Source: Candidatus Latescibacterota bacterium
GTDB taxonomy: Bacteria > Latescibacterota > UBA2968 > GCA-2709665
Direction: 5' to 3'
DNA length: 64,000 bases
Assembly: GCA_963662665.2 (NCBI GenBank)
Contig: CAXXJS010000063.1
Span: forward strand, 1-64,000
Shown one piece after another: positions 49,073 to 59,234 of this stretch (positions within the stretch are counted from its first letter, which is position 1; every line of letters starts with the position of its first letter). The translations under genes and the position numbers were made by a program. The notes beneath the pieces were generated by a model. It was not told where the DNA came from. It made no database searches and was given only the letters and a program-made list of their open reading frames with translations.

Positions 49073-52000
49073 CTACAGAACAACGCTCCAGACTTCCCGC
49101 CCGCAGGTCAGGAGCACACCTGCGCCGTAAGTCTCCGCGATCGCGCACGGTCCCGGCATCCTGCCGATTGTCCGGCCGCTCCCGGACGCGTCCACCGCAC
49201 TGAGATTACCCGCGTCGTCGATGACGAGCGTTTCGTCTCCAAACGGCGCCATGTGGCGGATGCCCTGCTCGAAGAGACGGTGCCAGACGGGATTTCCATA
49301 CGGATCGTAACACAACAGGAATCCCTGGCTCGTGCCGGCGATCACGCGGCGATCGGTTCCGGGGAACCGGATACCCGTGACACGCCCGCCCAGCCGCTTC
49401 ACCCAGCGCCTCTCCCACTCCCCTTCCGCATCCTGTTCGAACACGTGCAGGTTCCGGCCGCGGTTTGCACCGCAACCGATGAAATGCCGCCCGCCGGTTT
49501 TGTCAAACGCCAGCGCCGTCAGGATGCTCGTCCACCCCTCCACGTCGAGGTGCGCCTGAAAATTCCCGTTAGGGTCCAGAATGCGGCATTTCGACGTATC
49601 GCTGAGGACCTCGCCCCCGGCGACGATTTCCGGTTCGCCGCACCCGTTCACGTCGGCCACCCGAATGCGTCCGGGCACCCCCTCGTTGTACCGCTGGCGC
49701 CATTGTTCCCGGCCCGAACCGTCGAAACCCCGGATCTGGATGTCGCCGCAACCCACGGCAAAGAAGGCCTCCCCCACGAAGATCCCACCCTCCACCTGTA
49801 CGGGGGCCGGTGTGGGCAGTTCCCACCATGGCCACGGACACGGCTCCCGCTCGATGTCCGTCTGCCATATCCGGCGGCCCCCCGCATCCAGTCCCGTCAG
49901 CCTGCTCTCACCGTGACCGACCGCCAGAAACGTCGCCTGTCCCTCCGCAGCGCCGATATCGTACACGGGACCGTCCAGATCCGCGGACCAGACCGGCCGA
50001 CGTGCCGGATCGAGGAAGGTTACCACGCCGCTCTCGGAGCCCAAGACCAAAGATCCATCGCCAAGCAGGCGCATCGCGCGAATTCGGTCCCCGGCGTCAA
50101 ACACCCGGGCGGCATCCGAATGGCCCGAACGGCCTTCACCGGAGAGTTGCGTCGCCGCGGGCGGCCGCACCGGCAGCGCGTCAAGGCGCCGCGACGTTTC
50201 GTCAGCCAAAAGGCGGATCTCGTCTTCCGACTCATGAATGTGGACCTGGGATTCTCCCGGCCCGCACACCTGCGCGACGTGTGTCAGACGCACACCCTCA
50301 CCGGCTTCCAGATAGACGGCGCGCCGCGCCACAAGCGTCGATAGGACGACGTCGTCGGTATGGTACCGTTCTCTCCATAAATCCTGATCCAACGGATTCT
50401 TATAACGCAGATAGACGGGATCTTCCACGACCGAAAGGGATCCGGCCTCGCAAAGGCTCTCGATCCGGAACGTCACGTCTCCGGCGGACGGACTCCGCCT
50501 CGTGCACCGCGCCTCGCACCCGTCCAAATCAAGGTGTGCCGGGGTCCGGAAGCGGGCTTCCACGGCGTAGTCGCCCGCCTCTCTCGCGATTACCGAATCG
50601 TTGAAGACAGCGCAGCTTCCCGGAAACAGGTGGACCTCGCGCACCCAATCCGCACCCGCGTAATCCTTCAGCCGGATGCGCAGGTATATGTTCCCCTCCG
50701 CATCGGTCTCGTTCGCCTCCAGAATCGCGAATCCCGGAATCTCGCCGAATTCACCGTCCCGGACGACCGTAACGGCCGACATGTGCTCGGGCGCGGAGTG
50801 CACGAAGCTGTCCTCCTGCACGATCAGAGAGAGACCCAGACGCGCGTAGTCCAGAATGCCACCCGCGTCGTCGTACGAATGACTGCCGCCGCCAAGACCG
50901 TCAATCAGGAGAAAGTCGTCATTGGGCTCCCATCCCGTGCGCACCGAGAGCTTGTCGAAACAGCGGTCGATCGGCGCCGATGGGGGTGTGGTCACCACGC
51001 CCGGCGCACCATTGGGGTCCCGCTCCCAGGAGTGATAGAGAAGCGGGTCGACAGGTACAACGGTCACACCCGTGCGGTCGTCCGGCACGTTCGGGGCCAC
51101 GCCCGCGTCGAATGCCCGCGGCAACGACGTCAGGTTGACCAGGCGGCGTTCTGGCGGCGCGAGGTCGTGAACGAACCGGTATCGGCCGTCATTGTAATAG
51201 GCCGCCGCCGTCCGCAGGCTCGGTCCGGGAAACTGGCGGTTCAGGTCGCTGTCTCCGGCCGATGGAAGCCAGCCCTGGTTGTTTACCACGGCCATAGCCG
51301 CGTCCGCGGCCTGTCTGGCGCCGTTTTTCTCGAAATACGCGTGTTCCGGATCGTTGAGTCCGTATTCCACCATCACCGGTTGCGACATCCACCATCCGTG
51401 GCAGAGCCCGTCGCACAGTGGCTTCCAGGAAGGGCCATAGGGAGCATACGCCCTCCGGGCGGCCTGCTCCCACTGCTCCGGACCGGGAAGTTCCGGGAAA
51501 TACGTCCGGAAATAGGTCGCCGCGCAGGTCAACGCCAGGGCCGGGATGAGTTCGTGGTTCTGCCTGGGGACGTGCATGCTCACCACCCGGGGGCAGTGCC
51601 TCACGTGCCGCCAGCCCTCCGCGCTTTCGGCCCAGCCGTAGATGAACCGGGTTATGTCCAGACGTTCCGCCTCGCTGAACAGGTCCATATGCTCCACCAG
51701 CCGCCAGGGCTGAAGGCGGCTGAGGCTATAGAGATGGGCCTGAACGATTTTTTCGGATTTCTCGTATCCGCTCTCGACAACCGCCTCCCACGCGCGGCGG
51801 TACTCCTCCCCGAGTGCCGGGTCTCCCGTCAGATAGTAGAGATACCCTTTCAGGTCTCCCTGCATCGTATTCGCGATCTGCCACGCCGCAGGGGGAAGCG
51901 GTTCGCCCCTGGCCTGGGCGATTTCGTGTGCGGACATCGGCAGCCGCGTGACTTCAAGGACGGCCAGGTGAGGAACCGGGTCGTCCAGGCGCAAACGGAA

Positions 52001-52396
52001 CGCCTCCGTACCCCTGGAGGCCCCGGCGGCGTCGCTGTATCCCACCTGGATGATATTGTTGCCCGTCCCGAACGGGTCGCACAGCGTGCGGAGTTCATAG
52101 CCGCCTGGGCCCGGGTACCACAGATCCGTCACACACAGGAAGCGGAAGTAGAGTTCGTGCACGCAACGGCTGTCCGCCAGGTTGCCGACGACGATCACCG
52201 GGCCGTCAGCCCCCGTCAGCGCGTCGGCGGGCGGGTCCTCCAGAAGTTCGGCACGTACGTTCCTCTCCCGCAACGCCCGGTGGATGCGTCCCGCCGCCGT
52301 CCGGCCATGCCCTGACCTGGGCGCCGCAACCAACACCCGGGGCGCAGTGTGTAAATGCGTTTCCGGTTCGAGCGGACGCGGACGTTCGATTTGCAT
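49073..52396 (-). CDS. Heparinase II/III-like + beta-propeller protein (variant motif set)
   Basis: RQNH, KPLCDGLCH, AGDS, FDKLSVRTGW..FLLIDG..SHSYDD, and propeller ADVNGCGEPEIVAG. GGAGG RBS; no signal peptide. Confidence 0.62.
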   Translation of the reverse strand: MQIERPRPLEPETHLHTAPRVLVAAPRSGHGRTAAGRIHRALRERNVRAELLEDPPADALTGADGPVIVVGNLADSRCVHELYFRFLCVTDLWYPGPGGYELRTLCDPFGTGNNIIQVGYSDAAGASRGTEAFRLRLDDPVPHLAVLEVTRLPMSAHEIAQARGEPLPPAAWQIANTMQGDLKGYLYYLTGDPALGEEYRRAWEAVVESGYEKSEKIVQAHLYSLSRLQPWRLVEHMDLFSEAERLDITRFIYGWAESAEGWRHVRHCPRVVSMHVPRQNHELIPALALTCAATYFRTYFPELPGPEQWEQAARRAYAPYGPSWKPLCDGLCHGWWMSQPVMVEYGLNDPEHAYFEKNGARQAADAAMAVVNNQGWLPSAGDSDLNRQFPGPSLRTAAAYYNDGRYRFVHDLAPPERRLVNLTSLPRAFDAGVAPNVPDDRTGVTVVPVDPLLYHSWERDPNGAPGVVTTPPSAPIDRCFDKLSVRTGWEPNDDFLLIDGLGGGSHSYDDAGGILDYARLGLSLIVQEDSFVHSAPEHMSAVTVVRDGEFGEIPGFAILEANETDAEGNIYLRIRLKDYAGADWVREVHLFPGSCAVFNDSVIAREAGDYAVEARFRTPAHLDLDGCEARCTRRSPSAGDVTFRIESLCEAGSLSVVEDPVYLRYKNPLDQDLWRERYHTDDVVLSTLVARRAVYLEAGEGVRLTHVAQVCGPGESQVHIHESEDEIRLLADETSRRLDALPVRPPAATQLSGEGRSGHSDAARVFDAGDRIRAMRLLGDGSLVLGSESGVVTFLDPARRPVWSADLDGPVYDIGAAEGQATFLAVGHGESRLTGLDAGGRRIWQTDIEREPCPWPWWELPTPAPVQVEGGIFVGEAFFAVGCGDIQIRGFDGSGREQWRQRYNEGVPGRIRVADVNGCGEPEIVAGGEVLSDTSKCRILDPNGNFQAHLDVEGWTSILTALAFDKTGGRHFIGCGANRGRNLHVFEQDAEGEWERRWVKRLGGRVTGIRFPGTDRRVIAGTSQGFLLCYDPYGNPVWHRLFEQGIRHMAPFGDETLVIDDAGNLSAVDASGSGRTIGRMPGPCAIAETYGAGVLLTCGREVWSVVL

Positions 52397-52427
52397 TGCC
52401 GATCCCTCCTCCAGGTTCTGTCTCGCG

Positions 52428-55400
52428 CTATGCGAAGCACTCGACCGTTCCGTCCTGCCTGCCCACGAGTATCCTGCGCTCCGGATCAGCAGCCGCCGCG
52501 GTGGCCGCGGCGCCTCCGCCCGACCACCCGACCTCGCCATTCCGGTCCAACGCCACCACCCTGCCATCTCCAAGCGCCACCAGGCACCCGCCTGCCTCCC
52601 CTGGCGACAGGCCGATCACCGGCGCAGCAAGAAACCGGTGCCATATCCGGCGACCATCCGCCTGGAAACACTGTACGTAACCATTCGATGCGCCCGCGTG
52701 GACGCGCCCGTCAGCGAACGCCACGGACAGCACTGCGCCGCCCGGGTCCGCATCCCACAACACCTCGCCATCGCCGCCATAGACGACCAACTGCCTGTGA
52801 TTCGTATCCACACCGCTGATCACCTCGTCGACGCCGTCCCCGTCCAGGTCCGCCGCCCGAAGGCACTTCGACCACGAGGGGATCGACCAGCTCATGACGT
52901 CCGGCCGCGACAGCGTCTCCACGCACGCCCCGTCGGCATCGAACACCCTGACGCACCCGTGAATCGACGGGTCCGCCATCCCCGCCAGCACATGCTGGCA
53001 CTCCCCGTCACGCAGCCGTGCTACCGCGAGACAGGTAGGCGGACCCCACTGGCAGGCGGAACGCCACATCAATGCGCCACCCTCGTCGAACGCGTAGACG
53101 TGACGGTCGGCGCAGCCAGCCAGAATCTCATCTCTGCCGTCGCCGTCGATATCTCCGGAAGCCAGACTCAGAACCTTGCAGTTCAGCCACGTCCAGTAGT
53201 CCCAGTTCATGGGCTGCCACTCAAGCTGGTGTGACCAAACCACCCTCCCCGAATCGTCCAGCCGATGCACCGCCTCGCCCTCCCCGCCGGCCACGGCGCC
53301 TCCGTCCGGGAGGGAGAGAACCGTCCGGATGCTTCCCGGAACTGCGTGCTTCCATCGTATCCCGCCGTTGCGGTCGAACGACGTGATGCCGCCGTCATCG
53401 TCGCCGGCGAAGCAGCCTCCCTCCCAAGCGTCCACCGCCGTAACGGCTGCGCCGCACGACCCTCGCCAGGTTGGCTTCGCAACTCCTCCGTCGGCGACGA
53501 AAGGTCCAGCATCCGATCCGTCCCGGGCGGCGCCCGCCGTGGGAAGCACAGCCGTGTCTTCGCCGATTTCTACATTGGAACGTTCGGGCGAAATCGAGAC
53601 GGTCGAGACGGTCCCCTCGCCCTCAACCCGATAGCCGGACGCTTCTGGACACAGCGCAAACCTTCGCGACCGAGTCCCTTCGTCGCTCCAGAACAAGGTG
53701 GCGTATCTGACCCCTTCATCCGACTTAAGCGTCTTCAGCGAGCGCTGCACCCACCGCGTCCCACCTTCTGCCAGAGCCGATGTCACCGGAATCAGTTCCT
53801 GCGCGCCGCTTCCCGCATGCCGCATCTCAAGCTTCGCATCTTCCTGAACTGAACGAATTCCCCCTTCGACGGTTTCCACGTCCCCGTACACGTTCCAGCG
53901 ACACTCGATCAGGTACTCCCCTTCCACCCTGGGCCAGACTTCGTCGATTACCAGAAACCACCCCGTCCGGCTGTTCACGATATGACGATACCAATCCGCC
54001 TGACCGGGATACCCCATCGACGTCCCCGCGGCAGACAGGAGTTCTCCCTCAGAGAGATACCGCAGGGCCGCATAGCGGGACTCACAGCCGGGACCCGCGC
54101 CGTCAACCGCGACGCTCACACCGTTGTGATCGCGTACCGATGCCGGACCCACGCGACCCCCGAACCAGTTCTTTCCGCGGCCGGTGTACCGGACGATGCA
54201 GTTTCCATCCTGATAGGAATGGGAGCCGCCCGAGATTCCGCAAAGCAGAAGATAGTCGTCGTCGTCCGTCCAGCCTGAACGGAAATAGACTTTGTCGAAC
54301 GTTTGTTCGTACGGTACGTCACGCACGTACACGCCTTCCGGCGCAAATCCTCCGATTTCCTCGAGTGAATCGTAAAACAACCTTGAGAGCGGCGCCAGGC
54401 CCACACGGCCCATACGCTCCGGAGTTGCCGCGCCCCGTCCCGTCACCCACGTCCGGAACGGCTCCACGTTCGTCCGAACAGCCTTCCCGGCCAGGGCTCC
54501 CTCGTCCGATGTCCCGCAAAGCTGCAGGTATTCTTCGTTTTCCGTCACCGCCGCGGCCATCAACATATACTGTTGCGGCCCTCCCTCCAGGTTGCTGTGG
54601 GCGATCAGCGCCCTGTCCACGCCTTCAAGATACGGCCTGCTGGTGAAATAGTCCATCTTGCCCGAGGCCAGCGCGTAGTCGGCGGTGTTGAAGAGCGAAA
54701 ACGCCCACTGGTGCCCCCACGAGTCGCACACGGGCTTGTTCGACGTCATCTGCGGCGCGAAAAACACTTCCGCCAGCTTCATCCATGCCCGCCCTTCGGC
54801 CAACCCGTGGACCTGGTGGAAGTACCTGCCACCGTAAAAGAGATCCAGCCCGGACATGGTCTGATGGTTCTGCCTCACACGGTCCACCCCCACGTGGCCC
54901 AGGAAACCGGGATTTCCCGCGCCTTCCGTGGACCGGTACAGCCCCAGGAATACCTCAAGCGTCTCCTCCCGCTGGTCTCCCGGTAGGGCTGGATGATTCT
55001 CAAGAACTGTGAACGGCAGCAGCATGGTCCTCAGGAATCCGTGAATCTGCGGCGGGTCGGGCAGGTGGCGCTCGAACCACCGGGTGCGCGCGAAGTTGCG
55101 GACCTGCCGGCAGAACATCGGGATCAGTTCTTCCAGGCCTGTTTGCACCGCCAGCATCCCGATCTCGGAAATGGCCCACATATAGGTCCAGTCTCCAGGA
55201 CCGCTCGTGAACTCCCTCTCCAGTTCCTCGTCACCCTGGTCCAGCCGCTCCCGCGCCGGCTTCAGGTACAGGTCGTCCCATCTCCCCAGGTTCACGTGGT
55301 ACTGAAACGGAAGCAAGGTCCCAGATGCCTCGATCGTACGCGAAAGCGCTTCCGCCGCCTGGGTGACTTCATCTGCATGGCTTACGCCGACGACGATCGC

Positions 55401-55721
55401 GTGCCCCACGCCCTCGAGGGAGTGCGGCGCGGTGCGCACCGCCCACCCGCCAGGGCCCGGCCATACCCGGTCCGTCAGATCGTATGCCCGGAAATACAGT
55501 GCCTTCAGGAACGCGCTGTCCATCATGTTCCCCAGCGCGATTACATGGCGTCCGCCAGCGTCAAGCCGCGCGTCCGGGAGAATCTCCACGACGTCCGAAA
55601 GCACGTCTTTCAGTGCGGATTGAAGACGTTTCGCCGCGGCCTGATACGGCCCGCCATCTGGCGCCGATATACAGACACCCGAAGATAGGTCCGTCTCGTG
55701 AGTAGGTTTTCGGAACGTCAT
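52428..55721 (-). CDS. Heparinase II/III-like + beta-propeller protein (variant motif set)
   Basis: RQNH, KPVCDSWGH, FDKVYFRSGW..YLLLCG..SHSYQDGN, DHNG, GDIDGDGRDEILAG, ADLDGDGVDEVISG. Confidence 0.62.
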   Translation of the reverse strand: MTFRKPTHETDLSSGVCISAPDGGPYQAAAKRLQSALKDVLSDVVEILPDARLDAGGRHVIALGNMMDSAFLKALYFRAYDLTDRVWPGPGGWAVRTAPHSLEGVGHAIVVGVSHADEVTQAAEALSRTIEASGTLLPFQYHVNLGRWDDLYLKPARERLDQGDEELEREFTSGPGDWTYMWAISEIGMLAVQTGLEELIPMFCRQVRNFARTRWFERHLPDPPQIHGFLRTMLLPFTVLENHPALPGDQREETLEVFLGLYRSTEGAGNPGFLGHVGVDRVRQNHQTMSGLDLFYGGRYFHQVHGLAEGRAWMKLAEVFFAPQMTSNKPVCDSWGHQWAFSLFNTADYALASGKMDYFTSRPYLEGVDRALIAHSNLEGGPQQYMLMAAAVTENEEYLQLCGTSDEGALAGKAVRTNVEPFRTWVTGRGAATPERMGRVGLAPLSRLFYDSLEEIGGFAPEGVYVRDVPYEQTFDKVYFRSGWTDDDDYLLLCGISGGSHSYQDGNCIVRYTGRGKNWFGGRVGPASVRDHNGVSVAVDGAGPGCESRYAALRYLSEGELLSAAGTSMGYPGQADWYRHIVNSRTGWFLVIDEVWPRVEGEYLIECRWNVYGDVETVEGGIRSVQEDAKLEMRHAGSGAQELIPVTSALAEGGTRWVQRSLKTLKSDEGVRYATLFWSDEGTRSRRFALCPEASGYRVEGEGTVSTVSISPERSNVEIGEDTAVLPTAGAARDGSDAGPFVADGGVAKPTWRGSCGAAVTAVDAWEGGCFAGDDDGGITSFDRNGGIRWKHAVPGSIRTVLSLPDGGAVAGGEGEAVHRLDDSGRVVWSHQLEWQPMNWDYWTWLNCKVLSLASGDIDGDGRDEILAGCADRHVYAFDEGGALMWRSACQWGPPTCLAVARLRDGECQHVLAGMADPSIHGCVRVFDADGACVETLSRPDVMSWSIPSWSKCLRAADLDGDGVDEVISGVDTNHRQLVVYGGDGEVLWDADPGGAVLSVAFADGRVHAGASNGYVQCFQADGRRIWHRFLAAPVIGLSPGEAGGCLVALGDGRVVALDRNGEVGWSGGGAAATAAAADPERRILVGRQDGTVECFA

Positions 55722-58700
55722 ATCACAATCCTTTCTGCCAGCCGTTCAAATGCGGGTTGAAATTACGCAACACAACGGTGCTGAATGCCCCTATTGGTAC
55801 AGTTCAAGCGTGCCATCCGTTCGACCCACGTACAGCTTCCCTTCCGACGCCGCCACGGCGGTCGCTTCCGATGTCCTCGTCCCCGCACCTGTGATCTCTC
55901 CCGATCCGTCCAGGCCGACGACCGTTCCACCTCCCAGGGCCGCCAGGCATCCTCCATCTCCACGCGGAGCCAGGCCGACCACCGGCTCAGCCAGAAACCG
56001 GCTCCACAGACGTCTGCCGTCCGCCGCGAAACATTGCGCAAATCCGTTCGATGCTCCAGCGTACACCCGTCCCTCACAGGCATTGACCGACAGTACCGCA
56101 CCCCCGAAGTCCGCGTCCCACAACACCTCCCCACCCTCGCCATACACGATCAACTGACGGTGGTTGGTATCCACTCCACTTAGCACCTCCTCCCATCCAT
56201 CCCCGTCCACTTCAGCCACGCACAGACACTTTGACCACGAGGGAATCGACCAACTCATGATGTCCGGCCGCGACAGCGTCTGTTCCCATCTCCCGTCGGA
56301 CTCGAATACCCGGACGCAGCCGTGAATCGACGGGTCCGCCATCCCGGCCAGCACCTGCATGCCGCGCCCGTCCCGCAGCCGCGCCACCGCCAGGCACGTT
56401 GGCGGGCCCCATTGGCAGGCGGAACGCCATAGCAACGCGCCACCCTCGTCAAATGCGTAAACGTGACGGTCCGCGCATCCGGCCAGGATCTCCTCCCTCC
56501 CGTCACCGTCGATATCTCCAACCGCCAGGCTCAGGACCTTGCAGTTCTGCCACGTCCAGTAGTCCCAGTTCATGGGCTGCCACTCAAGCGGGTGTGACCA
56601 CACCACCTTCCCCGAACCATCCAGCCGATGCACAACCTCGGCATCTCCACCCGCCACCACCCCTCCGTCCGCAAGAGAATGGACCGCCCGGATCGTTTTG
56701 GAAGCCCGCCAGGTCCACCTTATCCCGCCCTCGCGGTCAATCGCCGTAATCCGTCCCCGGTCATCGCCTGCGCAGCATCCTCCCTCCCACACATCGACCG
56801 CCGCCACCCTTCCGCCGCACGCGACGCTCCACACCGGCTTCGCCTCGCCCCCCCCTGCGATTGCAAACGGCGCCGGGGCTGTCGCTTCGACAATCCTGCC
56901 GACCGTTGGGAGTACGGCTGCATCGGCTTCCAATGTCACGCCCTCGCTGTCTGCCGCGAATGAGATCGTCACCTCCCTCCCTCCACCCTCGATCCGATAG
57001 CCCGACCGTTCCGGTTCCAGCGCATACGCCCGGGCCTGCTCCCGATCGTCGCTCCAAAAAAGTGTCGCGTACCTCACCCCTTCGCCCGGCTGAAGGACCT
57101 TCAATGAGCGCTGGATCCATCGCACACCACCCTTATCCAGAGCCGAAGTCACCCGCGTCAGGTCCTGCGACGCGCTGCCCGCGTGTTGCATGTTGAGTTG
57201 AGCATTCCCCTGAACCGAGCGCAGAACGCCATCCGCCAACGTCACCTCCCCAAGCACGTGCCAGCGACCCTCAACCAGGAACTCTCCTGCCGCCTGGGAC
57301 CAAACCTCGTCCACCACAAGGAACCATCCCACCTTGCCGTGTACGATATGCCGGTACCAGTCGCCCTGATCGGGATATCGCATCGAAGTGCCCGCCACTG
57401 AAAGCGCCTCGCCCTCCTTCACGTATCGTAACGCGGCGTACCGCGACTCACGGCCCGGACCTGCCCCGTCCACCGCGATGTTCACGCCATTGTGATCCCG
57501 CACGGACGCCGGTCCCACGCGCCCCGCGAACCAGTTTCGTCCCCGTCCTGTATATCGCACAATGCAATTGCCGTCCTGATACGAATGGGACCCGCCTGAA
57601 ATGCCATCCAGAAGCAGATAGTCGTCGTCGTCCGTCCAGCCCGAACGGAAAAAGACCTTATCGAACGCCTGCTCGAACGGCACGTCTCGCTGGTACACGC
57701 CCTCCGGCGAAAAACCGCTAAAACCCTCCAGCGAATCGTAAAACAGCCGCGAAAGCGGCGCCACACCCACCCTTCCCAGCCTTTCCGGCGCCGACGCCCG
57801 ACGCCCCGTCACCCACGTCCGCAGCGGCTCTTCCCGGCCCCTTATAGCTTGTGCCGCCAGGGCGTCTTCGTCCGATACGCCGCACAGATGCAGGTATTCG
57901 TCGTTCCCCGACGCTGATGCGGCCATCAGAAAGTACTGCTGCGGTCCTCCTTCCAGGTTGCTGTGCGCGATCAGCGCCCGATCCACGCCCTCCAGGAACG
58001 GCATGCTCGATAGATATTCCGACCTGCCCGACGCGAGCGCATAATCGGCCGTATTGAATAGCGAAGCGGTCCACTGGTGGCCCCACGAGTCACAAACCGG
58101 TTTGTTGGACGTCATCTGCGGCGCGAAGAACACTTCCGCCAGCTTCATCCAGGCCCTACCCTCGGCCTTCCCATGCACCTGGTGAAAATAACGTCCCCCA
58201 TAAAAGAGATCCAGCGCAGACCGGGTCTGGTGGTTCTGCCGAACCCTGTCTACGCCAACGTGGCTTAGAAATCCGGTGTTCCCCGCCCCCTCCCCGGATC
58301 GGTATAGCTCCAGTAAGACGTCCAGAGTCTCTCCTCGCCGGGTAGTGGGGATGGACGGATGGTTTTCCAGGATCGTAAACGGCAATAGCATCGTCCTAAA
58401 AAAACCGTGGATCTGCGGCGGGTCCGGCAGATGGCGCTCAAACCACCGCGTGCGCCCAAAATGGCAGACCTGCCGGCAGAACATTTTCATCAACGCTTCC
58501 TGTCCGGTCCGAACCGCCAGCATCCCTATGTCTGCAATCGCGTGCATATAGTCCCAGTCGCCCGCCCCGCTGGTATGCTCCCGCTCAAGGTCCGCATCGC
58601 CGGCCTCCAGCCGCTCCCGCGCCGGCCTCAGATACAGATCCGACCACCTCCCCGGCTGCACACGGTACTGGAACGGAAGCGCGGTCCCCGCCTCGACGAT

Positions 58701-59098
58701 CGCGTTGCAGAGGGCATCCGCCGCTTCGGTAACGTCCTCCGCGCTACTCACACCCACAACGATCGCGTGCCCAACGCCCTCGAGGGAGTGCGGCGCAGTG
58801 CGGATCGCCCACCCGCCGGGACCCGGCCAGACCCGGTCCGTCAGATCGTATGCCCGGAAATACAGCGCCTTCAGGAACGCGCTGTCCATCATGTTCCCCA
58901 GAGCGATCACGTGGCGGCCGCCAGCGTCAAGCCGCGCGTCCGGGAGAATCTCCACGACGTCCGAAAGCACGTCTTTCAGTGCGGATTGAAGACGTTTCGC
59001 CGCGGCCTGATACGGCCCGCTATCTGGCGCCGATATACAGACACCCGAAGATAGGTCCGTCTCGTGAATCGGTTTTCGGAACGTCATATCGCAATCCT
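55400..59098. repeat. Near-identical direct repeat of the 5' ends of two adjacent paralogs (~55400-55732 vs ~58766-59098)
   Basis: Offset 3366 nt. Includes a 103-bp perfect match (55552-55654 = 58918-59020) and a 46-bp perfect match. Confidence 0.85.
55791..59087 (-). CDS. Heparinase II/III-like + beta-propeller protein (variant motif set)
   Basis: Collinear with 52428-55721: RQNH, CDSWGH, YLLLDG..SHSYQDGN, GDIDGDGREEILAG. GAGGA RBS precedes the ATG at 59087. Confidence 0.62.
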   Translation of the reverse strand: MTFRKPIHETDLSSGVCISAPDSGPYQAAAKRLQSALKDVLSDVVEILPDARLDAGGRHVIALGNMMDSAFLKALYFRAYDLTDRVWPGPGGWAIRTAPHSLEGVGHAIVVGVSSAEDVTEAADALCNAIVEAGTALPFQYRVQPGRWSDLYLRPARERLEAGDADLEREHTSGAGDWDYMHAIADIGMLAVRTGQEALMKMFCRQVCHFGRTRWFERHLPDPPQIHGFFRTMLLPFTILENHPSIPTTRRGETLDVLLELYRSGEGAGNTGFLSHVGVDRVRQNHQTRSALDLFYGGRYFHQVHGKAEGRAWMKLAEVFFAPQMTSNKPVCDSWGHQWTASLFNTADYALASGRSEYLSSMPFLEGVDRALIAHSNLEGGPQQYFLMAASASGNDEYLHLCGVSDEDALAAQAIRGREEPLRTWVTGRRASAPERLGRVGVAPLSRLFYDSLEGFSGFSPEGVYQRDVPFEQAFDKVFFRSGWTDDDDYLLLDGISGGSHSYQDGNCIVRYTGRGRNWFAGRVGPASVRDHNGVNIAVDGAGPGRESRYAALRYVKEGEALSVAGTSMRYPDQGDWYRHIVHGKVGWFLVVDEVWSQAAGEFLVEGRWHVLGEVTLADGVLRSVQGNAQLNMQHAGSASQDLTRVTSALDKGGVRWIQRSLKVLQPGEGVRYATLFWSDDREQARAYALEPERSGYRIEGGGREVTISFAADSEGVTLEADAAVLPTVGRIVEATAPAPFAIAGGGEAKPVWSVACGGRVAAVDVWEGGCCAGDDRGRITAIDREGGIRWTWRASKTIRAVHSLADGGVVAGGDAEVVHRLDGSGKVVWSHPLEWQPMNWDYWTWQNCKVLSLAVGDIDGDGREEILAGCADRHVYAFDEGGALLWRSACQWGPPTCLAVARLRDGRGMQVLAGMADPSIHGCVRVFESDGRWEQTLSRPDIMSWSIPSWSKCLCVAEVDGDGWEEVLSGVDTNHRQLIVYGEGGEVLWDADFGGAVLSVNACEGRVYAGASNGFAQCFAADGRRLWSRFLAEPVVGLAPRGDGGCLAALGGGTVVGLDGSGEITGAGTRTSEATAVAASEGKLYVGRTDGTLELYQ

Positions 59099-59234
59099 CT
59101 CCGCGTGCATTACATTTTAAACACAAAGCGGAAGTTTACATCGATGGATTGGATGCACGGGACAAGAATCCGGAGTCCGGTAGAATGCTCTCTATCCTGC
59201 GTTCGACCGGATTTCTCGAACATCCCCGCTGCGC

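Noticed and set aside
55400-59098. Diversity-generating retroelement template/variable repeat pair
   Set aside because: No reverse transcriptase is present, both copies are 5' coding ends, and the mismatches are not adenine-specific.
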